Assembly: GCA_965644265.1 (NCBI GenBank) | Contig: OZ286468.1 | Coordinates: 28,892,001 to 28,956,000 of the forward strand | Length of the DNA stretch: 64,000 bases | Source: Glycera tridactyla | Taxonomy: Eukaryota | Direction: 5' to 3' | Shown here: piece after piece, positions 60,671 to 64,000 of the stretch | Position numbering within the stretch: the stretch's first letter is position 1 | How the letters are laid out: each line of letters starts with the position of its first letter | Program-made: the position numbers and the translations under genes | Notes under the pieces: generated by a model | What the model saw: the letters and a program-made list of their open reading frames with translations, nothing else | The model's database searches: none | What the model was told of the DNA's origin: nothing

Positions 60671-60828
60671 GTGAGTGTGTGAGTGTGTAATTCAAATGCA
60701 TTGAGTAGGCCTAAACCGGAAGTTGGTATGCACGCGCACTGCGACTCAATAATGCTCTACATGAGCCGCCAGATAGCGTTCTTTCGCCTCCGTGAATTCG
60801 GCAACCGCGTGGTGTATAGAACGGTACA

Positions 60829-62560
60829 ATTGATTGATTGATTGATTTTTCTTGATTTTTCTTCGTCATTGTATAAACATAATACAACAATTGCCCCAGC
60901 TTGGGGCTTTCCCGGGTTGACGAATACTACTAAGTTCACATCAAATTATAATAATGATAAATGAAAATGCATGATAATGATTTCAAATAATATGAACATT
61001 TGTAAATAAACATTAAGACCAAATGAAACCTGTTTGTCATCTGTTCAAGTGATTTCAATGAAGACAATAGCTCTAGAATTGTTAGTGAGATATGATAATG
61101 AAATGAGATGTGATGAATTGAGATGAATGGTGGATGATGTAAATGGCAAAATGACATGATTCAAAAATGGTTCAAAATATATTGTTATTGTCTTTCAGTG
61201 TGATCAGTATTTCTTTTTGAGATCAAGAATTTGTTTCAATTTAAATGGAGAAAGTTTTTTAATTGATCCTTAAAAACTTTTGTTTCACAGGGTCCAAAAT
61301 TTTCATATCTTTTCACATAACCATTCCACAATTTTGGGCCTCCGTATCTAAAAGATCCCTCTACTTGTTTCAATCTTGGCACTCTTTGTTTCAAAAATGG
61401 ACGGGTTTTGGATCTTGTGGAATAAGTATGTGAAGCATCAGTTAGAGAACATAGAGGTATATATTGGCTATGAACATCACCCATCAATATTTTATTTACA
61501 TGTATGAGAGTATGTTCTTGTCTGCGACAATCCAGGTATGGCATATTTAAGTTATGATGTATATCAGTAGTACGTGTCAAAGGTACACTTTTGGTTATTA
61601 TTCTGAATGCCTTGTTTTGAACCAATTGTAACTTATTAGCATCTGCCACACCTAGATTGTCGTAGACTATATCACAGTAATCAAATATTGGCAGAATGAG
61701 GGCCCTGTAGAGCATGAGGGATGTGTTTTGATTTAGCACATCCCTCAGTCTCCCGAGGACCCCCACCCTACCAATAGTTCTACTTCTCATATATTCGGCA
61801 TGTGCAGAAAATTTCAATAAACTATCCAGAATAACCCCCAGATATTTAAATTCTGGGACCTTTTCTATTACTTGATTTTCAAATTGTAAATCAAAATCAT
61901 TCTTAGATAATTGTAATCGTGTCCCAAAGATCATCATTTTGGTTTTTTTCAAGTTTAGACTTAATTTATTTCTGCACAACCAAGTATGGGCTTCTAATAA
62001 TGCATCCTCCAGTTTAGATTTTAACCGGATAGGATCATTATCAGAAACCAAAATCGCGGTGTCATCCGCATAGAGATTCACACTGGGCCCATTTATATAC
62101 TTGGTTACATCATTTACATATATTGTGAATAATGATGGGCCCAGTATGGATCCTTGCGGCACCCCGCAATTTATCGCACAATCACATGAGTAAACTCCAT
62201 TTACTTTAACATTGCATTTTCTATCAACCAGGTAACTTTCAAACCATGATGTGGTCAACTCATTGGATCCATATCTAGTCAATTTCTTCAATAGAATCCC
62301 ATGGTCCACCGTGTCGAATGCCTTCTTGAGGTCAAGGAAGAGTACTCCACTGGTCATATTTTTTTCAATATTTAGATACAACTTATCCAGGAATTCTAAC
62401 AAACATGTCCCAGTGGAGCACCCCCCCCCCCCCCCCCTAAAACCAGACTGCTCACGACACAGTAGACCATGGGCTTCAAAATAGTCTGATACTTGTGTAT
62501 GTACAATCTTTCCGAGAATTTTACTAACTGTGCTGAGAAGGCTAATGGAATACTTCAGTC
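60829..62560 (-). mobile_element. CR1/L2-group LINE C, 5'-truncated, RT frame 61236..about 62555 still open
   Basis: SISLLSTVSK, QSGFR, LDLKKAFDTVDH, GVPQGSILGP, YADD, GGPKLWN; probable (CAAT)n tail at 60829-60844 (3' end uncertain). Confidence 0.9.
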
Positions 62561-63149
62561 CGAAATGACCCATGTGGTGTCAAGAGGACGCTAAACAATA
62601 CTCAGTCAATCAATCAATCAATCTCAGGAGCATCCTCTTGCATGAATGTACATGCTTGAATTAACGAATGATATGATCCGTCTTTTAAAGTAGGCATGCA
62701 CAGGTCCTCATGTAAAGCAGCTGTACTGTAGTCTCGAGGCTTGCATGAGACTACAATGGACTAATCCAGCTGCAATAATCCAGCATCTCTCGGACTCATT
62801 GCTCCATAGAAAATATCCACGTAATCAAAGATTGGAACAATCAAACTCTTATAAAGCATGAGAGATGTCTCACGATCAAAAATATTACGTAGTCTGCTTA
62901 GCAGTTTAACATGACTTATAGTGTATACCACATAGTCATGATAGGTTAGCTCCTAAGCAGTCTCGGGTTACTGATTCGCTCATCTCGTTTTATCAGACCA
63001 ACATGTGAGCAGACAGACAGGCTCTCATGTGATCTAATGAGATTTTCAACCGCATGACTGGTTCCATGAGCTCTCGCGGTATTGTCATTTGATGCTGTAC
63101 CTGATTGATTTGTTTGGCTATTTGAAAAGGCTTGTAAGAGATAAACTGG

Positions 63150-64000
63150 GGCCGATAGGGTCGGGAATCACTTATTCCATCTTCACTCTCACTGTCAGAA
63201 AGGATCATCTCAGAAAATTTATAATAAACTGGCCAATGCGATCTTCGATGAGATTATCCTCATCCCAGTACTCATTCTCCAGTTTTTCCACATGGTCAAC
63301 TTCATTCTGCCAGACCTGTGGAGTAATGTTGGCAACAGCCTCCATGCACAGTTTTTTCTTGCTACCCATTTTTTGTATTGGCCTATATCAGCTCAATTGG
63401 GTTGAAGTCACAGCGATATGGTAGAAGTCGTACTATTTGGTGTCCATGGTCTGCTGCTATCTCATCTATTTCATATTTCTTATTTATGGGCTTGGTGCTC
63501 TTTAATGAGTTCAAAAAGCTCCACTTTCATGCTGTCACTGGGATAGATGATATTATTTCTCAGGAGCCAGTTGGTCATCTCTTGTTTTCGACTGTTTAAT
63601 GTTGGTACTTCATCAAGCTGCATGCTGTGGTAAGGGGCATTGTCTATGACTATGATCTAGTTTACATGAATGTTTGGAAGTAATTGATTCTGGAACCTTG
63701 AAATTGTCTCCATTCATTTCATCATGTTAATCCCCTGTCTCACTCTTTGCGTTGAAGATGAGCAGTCCATTGGGAATACAATCATGAATAGAGCCAGCAT
63801 GGTTAATTATCGAATGGCCTCCTTTTCCTGTAGGCACAGCTTATTCCTGTCTTTGTTGGTTAGGATTTTGCCAGCATTTTTTGACACTGTGAGCAGCATT
63901 CAGTCATGTCTCATCACTGAGCGGGGACTATCACTGTTATGGTTTTGACGTATTTTTCTCAGCTATTCATGTCAAGCTGAAACAATATCACCTCGTTCCA
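63150..64000 (-). pseudogene. IS630-Tc1-mariner transposase pseudogene with DD82E spacing (Sailor-type); extends beyond window
   Basis: DET*LNAAH (D1 63913-63915), PTGKGG, GD*HDEMNG, VIDNAPYH (D2 63642-63644), RLLPYRCDFNPIE (E 63392-63394), acidic C-terminus; 82 residues from D2 to E after removing one extra base. Confidence 0.85.

Larger units (their letters stand above)
59800..60830. promoter_or_regulatory. CpG-rich, promoter-like region
   Basis: CpG clusters at 59815-59900 and 60715-60825; ETS-type CACTTCCG near 59884 and CCGGAAGT near 60717; GCGCA-containing NRF1-like motifs; no first exon identified. Confidence 0.35.

Noticed and set aside
62727-62755. Hairpin TGTAGTCTC...GAGACTACA as a Helitron end or DD82E terminus
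   Set aside because: 9-bp stem with no CTRR end or matching partner terminus visible in the window

Overview
Eukaryotic (bilaterian invertebrate, taxon not determinable) genomic window; no prokaryotic features, CRISPR arrays, rRNA or intact tRNA genes were seen. Bases 1-19 kb hold the 3' end of a spliced + strand RasGAP gene of the SYNGAP1/DAB2IP/RASAL2 family (5 exons rebuilt with consistent phases). It has a candidate alternative last exon ending in a class I PDZ-binding motif (-ETGL*). Bases 20-64 kb are almost entirely transposons: (1) a complete 8.06-kb hAT element with 17-bp TIRs, an atypical 5-bp TSD and an intact spliced 801-aa transposase, whose intron carries a 2.3-kb G-rich satellite and a nested hAT-like MITE; (2) a decayed, tandemly amplified Mutator (MULE) transposase gene; (3) the 3' end of an envelope-bearing LTR element; (4) a young gag-less Gypsy element with paired LTRs, TSD and tRNA-Leu PBS; (5) three CR1/L2-group LINEs, one with an intact 974-aa ORF2; (6) a DD82E (Sailor-type) IS630-Tc1-mariner pseudogene; (7) SINEs and MITEs. 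Nearly all transposase/RT-coding elements lie on the minus strand, antisense to the host gene. Family assignments rest on motif recognition from memory; no database search was run.
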